From Entomortierella parvispora E1425 (Eukaryota; Fungi; Mortierellomycota): 64,000 bases of DNA. The notes under the pieces were generated by a model. It saw nothing but the letters and a program-made list of their open reading frames with translations. It made no database searches and had not been told where the DNA came from. Below are positions 49,949 through 62,676 of this stretch, piece after piece (position 1 is the stretch's first letter; each line of letters starts with the position of its first letter). Made by a program: the position numbers and the translations under genes. The DNA lies in NCBI GenBank assembly GCA_020891255.1, contig BQFW01000013.1:248001-312000 (forward strand). Reading direction: 5' to 3'.

Positions 49949-52006
49949 CTAGAGCTCGTCCAAAAGTTTTTCATAATCGTCAATCTTGCTCTGGAGTTGA
50001 ATGCGCTGATCTTTGATTGCACTAGGCTCGACCATGCATTCCAGGTCATCTTCCGTCACCTTTTGCACCATTTCAAAGTAGTCGCCAATCTTTCGGACCA
50101 TATGGCGCTCAATGGTCTGCATGACGACCTTGTCAATGATACGCTCGAGTGCCGTTGTGTTGTATGCAATCAGGCAGGGAACCAGGGCCTTTCTTGTCAA
50201 CAAGTCATTCCAATCGCTCGTTGTCTGTGGAGACTCAAAGTCTCCGTCTGGGATCAGAGACTGTAAAGAAGGGGGTGAAGAACCTGCAACGTCCTTTCCA
50301 GATCCCGAGCTTGAGCTGGCCGCAGAATTGGTTTGCTCGGAGGGAAGAGGGGGGATCTGGTAGTTTTTAGAGCGTTCTCGATGGATGGCCTCCATGTAAT
50401 GTCGGTTCAACGTGAAAGGCGTCTGCTCGTCCTCGAAAATATTGTTAACTTCCAGCTTGATCGCCGTCTCTTGGAGTCGAGAGAACTGACTAAAGATGCG
50501 GGTGAAGACCCTACCAGTAGCACCGTCCGCTGAATGCTTGATGAGGCCACGAAGACCATCCGAGAAAAGACTGTGCATCCTCCCCACGTAGGCATCTGTG
50601 ACTTTTCTCCATTCAGGGAGATAGTGTCCATTGTAGATGTTCTTGAAGATGTAGAAGGAGACAAACCCGGAGGGCTCGTTTCCTTTGTAAAGCGAGATCT
50701 GGTGCTCCAGCATGGCACTGGACACTTTTCGGAGGGCTGGGTCCATCATGCTTGCACGGTACTGATGATAAAGTCTATGCAGGGCCGCTCGAACAAAATG
50801 GGTATCCTCAAGACCTTTCAGGACGACAGTGTTTCCATTCGCGTCCATTTCCTCATGAGAGGTCGGCACAGGCTTTTCCCAGTAGGCGGCAATGTAGGCA
50901 GGGTCATAGTCGGCCACCAAGTAACGGTCAACCTTTCTCAGAATCGACAGGTTGGCACGAGCGACGGCCTCACGCGCAGTATCCTTGTCAGCAATAGCCG
51001 TTCCAAGAGCTTCGAGGTCCCTTTTAAAGTCCTTGACTACCTCGCGTACATCGGCTTTGAAGGAAGGCATTTCGTTCGAGATGTGATGGAAGAGCAATTG
51101 GCTCAAGAAGGCCGTGACGGCCCGACGGCCCTTGCGGTTATCGTCAATGTTGCTCCATTTGCCAGGTCGGAAGAACAGGTCATGTTCTCTCTGACTAGAA
51201 GTCTCCCACGAGTAAGTCTCGCCGGGCAGCTCAGGCTGGTTACTCATCACCAAGTAACCGTGAGCCATCTTCTTGCTCTGGTTACGAATCACACTCATCC
51301 ACTTGTCAAAGCTGACCATCTTGTCTACTTTGGTGATAATGGGGACTGTGCGCTGCCCCAGAGGGTCGTGCGTCTTTGCCACACCCAAGATCTTTGAGTT
51401 TTCGAATTCGACGCTGGCCTGCATGACAGCCAGGATGATGGTGCGAGGGTCGGCAATGTAGCGACTATTGATTTCTTCAATAACCTTGGGGAGGTTCGGA
51501 TCTTCATCATCGCTGACTGTATGGACATAGCCCGGGAGATCGATCAAGGTGAGAGGCGATTGATTGGGACCTGACAACGTAATTTCCAATACTCTCTTCG
51601 AAACAGGCATCTTGCCATCCAAGAGAACCTTGTTGGCACTCTCGATCACGTCTGGAAAGGTCGAAAGACTTGCGCCGGTCGCGTGCAAAAGGTTGAACTT
51701 GTCCTCGCCGTCAATCCGAGCGTACAACACGTCACTTTCCAGGTCTGGATTGTACCGCATGTTCACTTGAATCGCGTACCGGGTGCACATCCCTTCACTG
51801 CGGGGGAAGGGGACCTTTGTGATAGCTTCGAGGACGCTTGACTTGCCGGCGGATTGATCACCTACGATCGCCAGGGAGGGAATGCTGAGCTTGTTGCCCA
51901 AACCACTATGGACCCTGTAGATTCTGTCCATGGTGACTTGATAGCGTGTGTCTCTAAAGACTGCCACTGCTCTGGTGGGGAGGAGGGTGGGATCTGGAGT
52001 AGTCAT
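49949..52006 (-). CDS. Intronless Mx-like dynamin-family GTPase (685 aa)
   Basis: G1 GDQSAGKSS, G2 CTR, G3 DLPG and G4 TKVD, followed by a middle domain and C-terminal GED (QTIERHMV). No PH or PRD domain. Confidence 0.93.
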   Translation of the reverse strand: MTTPDPTLLPTRAVAVFRDTRYQVTMDRIYRVHSGLGNKLSIPSLAIVGDQSAGKSSVLEAITKVPFPRSEGMCTRYAIQVNMRYNPDLESDVLYARIDGEDKFNLLHATGASLSTFPDVIESANKVLLDGKMPVSKRVLEITLSGPNQSPLTLIDLPGYVHTVSDDEDPNLPKVIEEINSRYIADPRTIILAVMQASVEFENSKILGVAKTHDPLGQRTVPIITKVDKMVSFDKWMSVIRNQSKKMAHGYLVMSNQPELPGETYSWETSSQREHDLFFRPGKWSNIDDNRKGRRAVTAFLSQLLFHHISNEMPSFKADVREVVKDFKRDLEALGTAIADKDTAREAVARANLSILRKVDRYLVADYDPAYIAAYWEKPVPTSHEEMDANGNTVVLKGLEDTHFVRAALHRLYHQYRASMMDPALRKVSSAMLEHQISLYKGNEPSGFVSFYIFKNIYNGHYLPEWRKVTDAYVGRMHSLFSDGLRGLIKHSADGATGRVFTRIFSQFSRLQETAIKLEVNNIFEDEQTPFTLNRHYMEAIHRERSKNYQIPPLPSEQTNSAASSSSGSGKDVAGSSPPSLQSLIPDGDFESPQTTSDWNDLLTRKALVPCLIAYNTTALERIIDKVVMQTIERHMVRKIGDYFEMVQKVTEDDLECMVEPSAIKDQRIQLQSKIDDYEKLLDEL

Positions 52007-53393
52007 AATGCGACCGATTTGTTGAATGAGATTTGTAGGAGAAGGAAAAAAGAAGAGGTGTGAGGGAGATGCTGTCCATACGAATACTGGGTCAATGCTT
52101 TTATACCTTTTATTTGTTGCTCCTCACTTCGTTGCTTCTTCCTTCGTTGACCATGTCGCGGGCCTTTGACATTCTATAGTTTGGACTTTGCCATATATCT
52201 CTCATTGTCGACTCTTCCTCCTGTGGTCCCCTCCCCAAGCGTAGCTGTCCAACAATCATATCAATCATATGTTAGTTCAAATATGAGGGTCCAATTCTAA
52301 CCCGCAAATATAGACGCATGAAAGAGTGAACAGGAAACAAGACAAGCTTTAAGGGTAAGCAGTTCCTCCGGTATTTGTTTTTTGTTTTTTGTTTTTTTGT
52401 TTTTTTTTTGTTGTTGTTGCTGTACACCGCCTCAAGATATTGAGAAGCGGTATCAGAAAGGAGTGTCCAGTCAGGGTCAGGGTCAGCTTTGCCACTTTTT
52501 GACGCGTTGTTGATGTACTGTACCTGGCCATTTATTTTGAGAACGAAGAATAAGAAAAATGGGGGGGGGGGGGGGGAAGAAGGAAAAGTCTCCTGTTTTT
52601 TTTGTTGTTCGTTGTCCAAGCTCTCTTTTTTCTTTTCTTTTCTTCGAACCTCAAAAAAGAGGACACTTCGCCTTCCCGTCCTTACACTACTTACAATGCA
52701 AGGCGAAGCATGCATAAAAAAGGGCGGAAGGGGCAGTCGCGAGAGGGACAGCTGACGGGCCTATATATCTGCAAAAGAGGGGGAGGAGCTTTTTTATTCA
52801 GCCTGCAATTGAAAGTGGACACCCGACTTTTTCAAGACCAGCATGCACCGCGAATGCATGAGGAGAGAAAAAGACACCAAAGCTCGCGTCAGCAAAGCCT
52901 CCTTGACCTTTTGCATTGCAGGACTGGATGATAAATAAGACCTGTTTTTATTTCAAGACTCTTCGGGGGGAGAGGCGAAGGAAAGGGGGGGAAAAACATG
53001 AGGCAAAATGGACAAGAGTAGGGAGTATTGTGCATACGGTAGGTGGATTGATGTGTGTGGACAAGCAGAAACGTAGAAATACACGACTGATAGAAAAGGA
53101 TGGAAGGAAGCAAGAGGACATGTTGACAAGATGATATCGACCGAGAGAGAGAGTGAAAAAAGGGGTGTGATTACAGGAACGGAACAAAGAAAGAAAAGAA
53201 ACAAGCAAAGACCAAAAACTACTATTGACAACATTTAACCATAACGCCTCTGTACAACAATCTCTAACGTCCGTGTGGCCAACGAGTTGTCCAGAGTTCT
53301 GCCAATTATCCTCGAACGAGAAAGACTCTGAAGAAAAAAAAGAGAGACAGGGGGGCACTCGGGCGGACTAACAAGAAACCTAGAGCGAGCTGT

Positions 53394-55378
53394 CTACTTG
53401 GGGCCAGTGTAGTTGACCTGAACGTCATCAGTCAGTGTCGAGGTCGAATCTGTTGATCCAGGGCGGGGCTTGCCACGTCCATTGGGGCGTGCGCCATCCT
53501 TCTTGTCCTTGCGAGGTGGACGTGGGATCAAGTCCTTGGGATGAATAAAGTTGCATCGGTCTCCGAATGAGCAGTTGTCGGGATCACGGCAAGGAAGCGA
53601 GGGATGAGTAAACTTGCAGGACTTGTTGGTGCAGTTAGGCCAGAATCGACATCTAGCCTTGATCTTCACGGCCTGTCCTGATGACTGTTGTTGCTGCTGC
53701 TGCAACTGAGAGTGCTGCTGGTACTGCTGCTGAGTGGTCTGCTGGAGGTTCTGGCGAGACAGGTCGACGCTGAGGCGAGCTGGAGTGGAGTACGCCTGTG
53801 CAGGTGCAGATGTGCCGTTCTGCATCATCCAGGTGGGTTGGAAAACTGGCGCCTTGGCATTCAGCTCTGTGTGCTGAGCCTCACGGGAGACCTCCTGGAG
53901 GGTCTGGGCCTTGTCAGCCACTGCGGATGTCAAGGACTTTGCCTTGTCAGAGACAGGCTTATCTTCCTGGACAATGGTCTCCTGGGCGTGGGAGGTGGTA
54001 TCGTTATGGGTATGTGCAAGGTCGGATTCGTCGCCAACAAGGGTAGTGGGAGTCTCTGCTCCCACATCCGTGTCCTGGACATGCTGCTCAAGCTCTTCGA
54101 GCTCCTCGACGGATTCTACTTGTTCAATGTCTTCTACGACCTCCGTGGCCTCGACCTCCTGTTCATCCAAGACAATTTCCTCCAAGACAATTTCCTCCTT
54201 GGGGAGGACTGAGGCCTGCAAGTTCTCGACCACCATCTCCAACTGGGCATCGGTATGGGCAACAGAGATCTCCTTCTCCAGCACCTGCACGACCTCCTCA
54301 GCATCAGTAACATGCATGGCCACTGTGTCATCCTTTTCCGTTGTATGATCAGCAGCCTCCGCGAGTGGAACCTTGAGACAAGAAAAGCAAAAAAGAGCCT
54401 ATCGGGTTAGTGTGCGTTCAATTGTGGACACCAGCAAAGGCACCCTATGGTCTTCTCCTTTCCCGCTGGTATCCGCGAGCAGACGATTCCTCCCCCCACA
54501 CAAATCCAAATAGGGAACAAACAACAAAACAAGGGGGGACCAAGGCAATGCCGACAGGCGAGGGGACAAGAAAATCAAAGGGCACGAAAGGCGAAAGGAA
54601 AACAAAAACACAGACACACAAGGGGATCAGGGACAGTCGGGAACTAGTATACTATTTTCGACAAAGACGAGGAAGCGCTGTGCGAGTTATCTTTGTCCTC
54701 TCTGCACGAAGCACGAAACACAGGGGAGACGGGCAAGACGGGAGACACAGACGGCCCCAGGAAAGGTGTTGTGGACTTTGTTGATCAAACTTACTGATGA
54801 CGACGATTCTGGAATGTCAGCAATCACGCTCGCGTCCTTGCTGGAGGCTTTTGAGTCTACACGAGTCCAAAGGGAAGGATGCACACTGGTTGGTTAGCAC
54901 GTTGAATCAATCATCCTCGCCATCCCATGGGAGTCCCTTTCCAGCGCATGGTCCTGTCCTGCTGCAAAAAAAAGTATTTTTTCCTGGTGCTCTTGTTATT
55001 TTTCTTTTTTGGCCAATGTGTGACATGGGTGGACAGATCCCGAATGCGGATCAGGCAACTCGCTCCGATTCTCGGATCACTGCCTGTGGGGTTGTCCGTG
55101 TCTATGGCTCGGGAGGGCTTACCAAGGGAGGGCTCGGGGATCTTTTCGGGGGCGGAGGAGGAGCTTGAGGTGGTCGTAGTTTCAGTGGTGACAGTGGTGG
55201 TAGTGCTCGACTTTGAGGACTTTTTCTTCTTGCTCTTGCCAGAGGCACCTTCAGGCGCAGAGGGCTCGGACGAGGACTGGGTCGAGGCCCAGATCCAGTA
55301 GATCAAGACGCCACTCAGCAAGGCCGCGGCACCGAGACGGACCGCGGTGTTGTTGGCGATGGAGTTGGATGAGGCCAT
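53394..55378 (-). CDS. Signal-anchored protein with a PAM2 motif and two CCCH zinc fingers, 3 exons
   Basis: Exon 1 (55123-55378) encodes TM AVRLGAAALLSGVLIYWIW plus KSKKKK and ends at ctt g|gtaagc. It joins in frame via DSKASSK... to the acidic exon containing ELNAKAPVFQP and CRFWPNCTNKSCKFTH / CRDPDNCSFGDRCNFIH. Confidence 0.85.
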
Positions 55379-55714
55379 GGAATAATTGGATTAGAGGATT
55401 GGAGTGCAAGAGATCAATGCGTCTTGAGAGTTGGCGCGTGGGTGGGAGGAAGAGAGAGAGAGAGCGAGACAGCAAAGGAAGGATAGAAAGAGATAAAGAA
55501 AGAAAGAAAGGAAGGGAATGGGGATGGGGATGGGACAAGATGAATGAGGATGAGAGACTGAAAGGGAGTCGATGGAAAGAAAAAAAGAAAAGACAAGGGG
55601 AGGGAAAAGTTTTTTATCGGTTTCCCATCCCGTGGGTCGGTGGTCCCTTGGACCTTGGCTCATTACATATTCTCTTTGCACCCACCCACACGGCCAAGAA
55701 GGGAGATCCCGACT

Positions 55715-55715
<1 letters not shown>

Positions 55716-55757
<42 letters not shown>

Positions 55758-55780
55758 ACACACATACACACACATACACA
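55716..55780. repeat. (CA)n microsatellite with CATA interruptions
   Basis: Read directly from the sequence. Confidence 0.97.
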
Positions 55781-56532
55781 ATAACGAAGGCCAATTTGCA
55801 CTTTGCCTCGCCCTCCTTCCTCTTCTGCACGATCACTCACTACATCCAATCCATTCAATTCGGCCCTACTGCCTGCTTGCTGCACCTGCGGTTTCTCTTC
55901 TCTTCTCTCTTTTTTTTTCACTGTGGCGTGTGTGTTCGGGGGATCAAGCTGGGATCCAACCCGTCGAGCCTGTTCTGTTTGCTTCTCGATCTGCATGTGA
56001 TCTCTTCCGGAGATGGAACCTCCGACCACCGTTGCATCCTTCTGGCTCCCTTTGGTCGCGTTTTGTGTAAAAGTCGGATCATTGGGCTCGCCCGCATAGC
56101 CCTCCCCAATAGCACGCACAACAGCAGAAAAACAACAGGAAAAAAAACATCATCAACAACAACACCAACTGCGGTTGGGTTGGGTTGCACAAAGACCTGC
56201 TTTCACACACACAGCCTGTTCCTTCTGTTTCGCAACACGGACCTTGGCGCGTTTACCTGTTCACCTGCCTGTTGGAATGCTTGCTCACTCAAGTATGCGA
56301 GTGCCAGCCAATTGTTTGGTCAGGGCATCATCACCTCAATCAATGCGGACCCTTACATCTCTCGTCACTGGACGTGATTCATAGCCTCGGAAAAAAATGT
56401 AGATCTTTGTTTTTGAATCACTTTCTCCACCCTTTCCTTTCTCCACTTCACTTCTCTGACATTCATACCCCCGTCCCTCCTCTTTCTACTAGGAGTGGTG
56501 AAATTCCCGTCCAAGGAGAACGTGACGCAAGA

Positions 56533-57975
56533 ATGGATCTGAGGGCTCATCGCAAAGACTATATCCACGACGGTCTGCCCCCTGATACCAATCAAGATCA
56601 GTCTGCAGACAACATTTTTGGTGGCGTGGACCAAATTCAACATGGGCGAGACCGCACCAGGAGCGGAAGAAGTGATGCTCAGCACTCCTGCAATGCCGCG
56701 AGTCCATCTTGGCTGTCATTAGAGCATTCAGCAGTGATTTCTCCCGAGACTCCTGTTCCTTCTTTGTTATCGATATCTCATGAGATGCTCTTGTCGATTC
56801 TTGCACAGCTTTCGATAGACGATCTTCGACGATGCCAAACGGTGTGTAAACGTCTTCGAACTCTATGCCGGACAGTTCTGCTGGATATTCTGTCGACAAC
56901 CGCTCAACAAGCAACAACGACTAAAGCACCAAACGTGGCTCCAACCATGTTCTTTGCCGAGTTCACGCCTAATGATGGACACACTGTTCACTTTCGATGC
57001 GCTTCTGTGGATCGAATCAATGAAGAGCTGGTATACAAGCCTGTCTCCACGGACAACTTTCTGACCATCACTCTGGATATGAGACCACAGAGACCCTGGA
57101 CAAGACCTATTAGCGCTGGCAGCACAATAACGTCCTTGAGCGCCTCATTCCCAAGACTTTTATCTCGTCCTGCGGGACCTTCTGTTGGATTGAATCTGTT
57201 TGATTATCAGACTGGACTGAGAAGAGAGACTGAGCACCCCTCCAATGAGCCTCTATCCGGTAGTGTATCGTCCCTACTCTCACATTCTCGACGTCCAGCA
57301 AATGAGAACCAGGAAGACACATTCACAGTTTTGAGCATTCGCCATGGAATGTGGCAAAAGGAAGCCATTATGCAATCAAGATGGGACCAGTCTTGGGGGA
57401 TGAGCGACCAGGATAGTAACGATTGGGCCAACTCAGAGTCAATGGTGTGCTTGACGTCTGATTTACATTTCTCGGGCGACTACAGCTCATCGACCTGGAA
57501 AAGAGGCGTGCTTATTGAAGGATCTGGAGAACCACCTAGCAAGATCCATAGACATCTTGTTGACCATGGCGCCAATGTCAGTTGGTCTCATAATGGCAAT
57601 GATGTCCCAGCTATGAGGTGCCGGTGTTGTCTCCATCATAAACCGCTTAGGATATTCGCGGCTGGACCAGTGACGAAAAGGATCCCTGCAAAGTTGGCGG
57701 GAACAAGCGGCTGGTGCTTGGAGTACTCTCTCGAAAGTTTAGCGTGTTGCCCATGCCCAGTCTGTCTGTCAAGAGGAGCGAATGCAGGGCATCCCACAGG
57801 CCAAGAGCAAGAGGAGGAAGACGACGGCAGACGCGAGGTGCGAGTCGTGATGGGTCAGCTCCGGGTGTCGTTGGACTGGGTGCTTTCAGGAATGGAGCAG
57901 CAGTGGTTCAAGCCGTTGTCACGTCCCATAGACGCGTGTCACCCACACAAAGCAGGAGCGCGTGATTCTGACTGA
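56533..57975 (+). CDS. F-box protein (start uncertain)
   Basis: LLSISHEMLLSILAQLSIDDLRRCQTVCKRLRTLC matches the F-box consensus within a long open frame. Confidence 0.85.
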   Translation: MDLRAHRKDYIHDGLPPDTNQDQSADNIFGGVDQIQHGRDRTRSGRSDAQHSCNAASPSWLSLEHSAVISPETPVPSLLSISHEMLLSILAQLSIDDLRRCQTVCKRLRTLCRTVLLDILSTTAQQATTTKAPNVAPTMFFAEFTPNDGHTVHFRCASVDRINEELVYKPVSTDNFLTITLDMRPQRPWTRPISAGSTITSLSASFPRLLSRPAGPSVGLNLFDYQTGLRRETEHPSNEPLSGSVSSLLSHSRRPANENQEDTFTVLSIRHGMWQKEAIMQSRWDQSWGMSDQDSNDWANSESMVCLTSDLHFSGDYSSSTWKRGVLIEGSGEPPSKIHRHLVDHGANVSWSHNGNDVPAMRCRCCLHHKPLRIFAAGPVTKRIPAKLAGTSGWCLEYSLESLACCPCPVCLSRGANAGHPTGQEQEEEDDGRREVRVVMGQLRVSLDWVLSGMEQQWFKPLSRPIDACHPHKAGARDSD

Positions 57976-58207
57976 GTGCATCCATGCTTGTCCCCCCCTT
58001 CTCCTGCACCGTGACAATGCAATGAAGCAGTAGCCCCCTTTCGCTGCTCTCGTCAATTGGGTTGCCACACGGAAATGAAAGCCATTTTCTATTTCCTCTT
58101 TCTCCTGCTTCTCTTCTTCACTCCACTCCTCACTTTGCCTCTCCTCTCCTTTCGTCTCAACTTCTCCTCCCCTCCCATTTCATCTCTCCACTCTCCCATC
58201 CGCCGCA

Positions 58208-61200
58208 ATGGATCCCGAAGACTCGCCCGTATGTGCTCATCAGGCAATGCATCTCCTCCGCTAGATCGAACCTTTCATTCACGCGTCTCCTGACGTCTCA
58301 TTATGTCCCATTAGGAACTGCCTCCATTGAAGCGCGGTACTTACGATCTTGATGCCATTCTCGCCGCGGCTGAAAACGCTGAGGTATGCAACTCGACTCT
58401 TTTGTTCAAATGGGCATGACTTCCTTCAACTATGCAGCCCAACCTCAACACAGCATCATTCCTGTTGATTTTATTCGTTAATGCTGACTGGATTACCATA
58501 CTTTTTTTTATTAGTTTGCCATTCCACCACCTCCTTCAAAGTCTTCATTCAACGCAAATCCGTTCGCCTCCTCAGTGCCGTCTGCATTTAGATCTTCATT
58601 CAACACGTCCAATGCATCCACCATCAACATTTCGCCTTACCCTTCCAGCTCCAATGAAAACGAGTCGCCTCCAGCTCCCCCGACAAAGAGGGCGCCAGTG
58701 GCGCCTAGAAAGTCGACTCCCCCTACAAGCGCTGGTTCGCGAACCAGGGTCTCGACCTTGAAGAGCACTCTGAGTCGATTTTCAGCGCCGAGGAAGACGG
58801 ACCTGGAGTCTTCAGCCATGGAGAATAGTGCTGACGAGACGGATTTCCACAGGGACAGTACTCAGGCGCATGACAGGACACTGTCCGGAGATCAGGCGGG
58901 AGCTTCAGATACAGAATATGCACCTCCAAGTGCCTTTAGTGGCGCCTCCCCAACACCCTCGAACGCCAGCGCACGGTCGAGGACCATGGCGCGGTCTTCG
59001 CCTTTCATTCGAGGCGTTTCACCGGCCCTGAGTAGCTCGCACCTGGATCCACTGGCACACTCACCTTCAAGGACAACCAGCCCCGTCAATGGGTCACTAA
59101 TGGCGAACGACACGGGCTACTCCACGCCGTCTACTTCGAGACCCACCTCAAGACCACCTTCACGCCCAACCTCTAGACCGACTTCCAGACCAAGCTCACG
59201 AGTCAGCAATGGGAGGTATCACTCACGGCAGCTTTCCTCCGAAAGCCTGGTGTCCTTCAATGCTATGGTGGACAAGGAGGACTTGGAAGACGAGCAACGG
59301 AATCATTCGTCAGGGCAACTGTCATTTGTTGTCTCTGACCCAGAGCATTTGCGGATTCTGGAGGGCGAAATCGAAGACCCATTCAGTCCAAGCCTGAGCT
59401 CAATTGACCCAGACACGGATGCTTACTTGAGCAGTCTCATGCAACAGTCGTCCCCATTGGGCTCTCGCAAGGTCACCTCCAGAGGCCATTCTCCCGCCTT
59501 CAAGACCCGGAGACAACGTACAGCGGAAGGGGACGATTCATTTATAGACTCGACAGACGACGGCTTCTCTGACAAGGAGCTTGGCTCGAAATTCAGAACC
59601 TCGCGGACTAGCACTCGCACGCCCTCCAGTCCCCTTGCCAGAGCTGTGACCAGGGGCTCTCCACGGGACCAAGATAACATGGTCGTAGCTGCCCTCACCA
59701 ATGCATCTACCCATCTCTCCTTGGATCAGGTGCTCAGGGACAGCCGGGCTGTGGATGTTGAACCTGAGCCTTTTATGTCTGGACAAGATTCCAACCTCCA
59801 CGATGCCGACTCCTATGACAAACATTTCCAGGATCAGGACCACGATCCCCTTCCGACCTCGCGGGGGTCCACCGGGTTTAGCAGTCCGTTCAATGGTGGC
59901 GAACGTCCAAAAATCGACGAGGCAGTCAAAGTCGTACTGCACTCTCCTGTATCACAACCTGGCTCTCCAAGTGTGGAGGATCAAGATGACTTTCACGACG
60001 CTGAGGAAGCTCATTACCAAACCGACACAAGGCGAGGTGAAGGATATGACTATGGCAAGCAGGAGCCTGCAGACGTGGAGGTCGACTTTGTCGTTCAAAA
60101 TGTCCGTGTGAACGACCACCCGGGAGCCAACAACTACCCATCGACTACCATTCACTACTCTGACGATTCCGATTATGATGGCGACGATCTCGATGTGAGG
60201 TCCAATCTGTCTGCGACAGATGTCCTTGTAAATGAAGAAATACATCTGCACGAATCCATGGACTTTCATGAAAGTCATGCCCAGTCGTTTGCGGAGTGGA
60301 TGTCGAGCAGCGCGGAGATATCAAAGCTGGATATTAGTCCCCCTCTTTCCAACGCGCAGGGTTTCCAGTCCTTGGAACGGACACTGGCAATGGCCCATGC
60401 TTCAGATTTGCCAACAGCGAATGGTACATCAATGCTGTCGAGCGATCTCGGCGAAGCCAATGTCCTCACGTCGTCCTTTACGCCGGCTGTTTCCTCACCA
60501 GAATCCGCCTTTGGCTCTACCCAGAGTCTCTCGCCCACTGCATCAAAACACTCGACCTTGTTAGAGAAGCGCTCCAATCTGATGAACGGCCTCATCTCTA
60601 AAGCAAAGGAACGAACACTGAGGGGATTGGAGCAGGACCGTTCACTTGCAGACAATGACCCTTCACAGTTGGACAAAGGTTCTTCACTTACTGAAACCGA
60701 TCCTCCCCAGCCAGTCGCGGATACAAAGGGAAATGAAGTAGGCGAAACATTAGCTCCGTCCGTATCCTTTGCAGGATTAGACCATGTTGATAACGGAGAG
60801 GGCAGCCAGGAAGAGTCCCAGGGGGGAGAGGATGGGTCTTCGCTGACTGTGACAGGGACGAAATTGGGAGGCGACAAGAAAGAGGGGGGCTTGGTCCGCC
60901 GTCCAAGCGGCATCATGTTGTCCTCTAGGATTCGGGACTCGACCAACCTGGACGCTCCAAGATACAGCATCCGTGAAATGGAGGTGAGTGCGACCTGATA
61001 TTTATAGGAAGAATCCTCTTTTTTTTTTTTTTTTTGAAAAGAAAGAAATGGCTGGAAACTGACGGTGCTTTATCTTTGGTCATTAGGATATGAAAAAGAA
61101 CGTGCGAATGGACCTTCGTATTGAAATTACAAATGAAATTCGCGAGGAGTATGAGCGATCGGTAAGAAAGTGAAATGCTGTTGACTAGAGCATGACGGGC

Positions 61201-61971
61201 ACTTCCCATTGATATTGATCATCGCTTCTCATTCCATCTTTTCTAGGCCGAACAAGAGGCTGCCATATACCAGTACGAGATTGAGGAGCTCAAAAACTCT
61301 CTGGAAATGGAAAAGAATGAGAAGCAGCAGCTCAAGAGTGTCCTGGACGAGTTTGAGTCCAGCTTGGCTGATATTGCCGGTATGTTGGTACGAGATGTTT
61401 TGTCAGATCTCAGTGAACAATGAATGTTAATATCAACTTTTTTTTTAATAGTGAGCACGTCAGCTGAAATTCAGGGTATGAAGGACGAGAACAAAAAGTT
61501 GACAGAGAGCAAGCAGGAGACTGAGGAGGCATTTATCCTTCTGAAGGTCCGCTATGACGAGCTCAGAGATCTCAACGTCAAGCATGTTGAGGTAAGGATG
61601 GGTTACATATAACTGCTTTAGTGGTCACTGATGATAATTCTTGATGTTAACAAAACATGCGTTCACTGTTTGCTTGAAAACAGAATGAGAATATTCTTCG
61701 CAAGGCCGTGGAGACGTTGAAGCAGGACTTTGAGACAAGTGAGGCTCGCTACGAGGGCGTCAAAGCGCACGCAGATACCAGGCTGGTTCACGCAAGCCAG
61801 GAGATGGAGCAGGCCAGGATGATGTTTGAGAATGAGCTAGCCCAGGTTCGGGCACAAATGCGGCAACAGGAGATGCACATGCGAAGTCTGGAGCAAGCGT
61901 TGGAGAGCAAGACCAAGGAGAACGAAGACCTGATCATGTTTTCGGAGGAGCTGATCTCCAAGCTGGGTTGA
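58208..61971 (+). CDS. TACC-domain (transforming acidic coiled-coil, Alp7-like) microtubule/spindle protein, multi-exon
   Basis: Long S/P/D-rich disordered region. The C-terminal YEGVKAHADTRL...SLEQALESKTKENEDLIMFSEELISKLG matches the TACC end motif (LKAHAEEKL...KTKENEEL..ICDDLISK). Confidence 0.88.
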
Positions 61972-62676
61972 TGGGTGAACTGGAGTTGAGTCTTTTTTTC
62001 TTTTTTTTCTTTTTTTCTTTTTTCGATATACATATATAAAGACGTCTTGACGGCATGGTTTGTTCTTGAGCGACGGAATGCCGTCTTTCCATGGATAGGG
62101 ATAAGAAGGTGAACTTGATGGAGGCATGCTTTGCAAAAGAGAGCATCGAGACTGGGGGTGTTGACCCCCTTTGATGAAGCACATCTTCCTACGCACGCAC
62201 ACACCTGTTCTACCGCTGTGCAACCATGGAAGGGAGGGAATGAAATAGGAAGCAGGCGACGCCTTGTCCCCTTTGCTTGCGTTGTGCACGCAAACATCCC
62301 TCTTGCTCATCTGCATCATCCCTTCTCACCATTCTTCCTTTGTTCCTTTGCTCCCATCAAGTGCACCCCTCCATCGCTCCTTCCTCTGCCAGCGCCCTGG
62401 CATGTTCATACCAGAAACCCTGCTTGCCTGCCCCCAGCCAACATTCTAAAAAAAGGACAAGTACTTGTCCTCCTTTCCTCTCACGCATCGCAATCGCCTT
62501 CTCTCATTTACCTTTGTTCTATTTGTTACTCTTACTCTTCCCTTTTACCCTGTCCTCTTTTTTCAACAAGTCAATCTCCTTTCTCTTCCCTCCCCCTTTT
62601 TTTTGTTGCCGACCCCATCCTTCCCGCGCGAGCGCAGAAAGAGTCTCGTCGGTTTTAACTTTGTTTTTTTTCGGTC

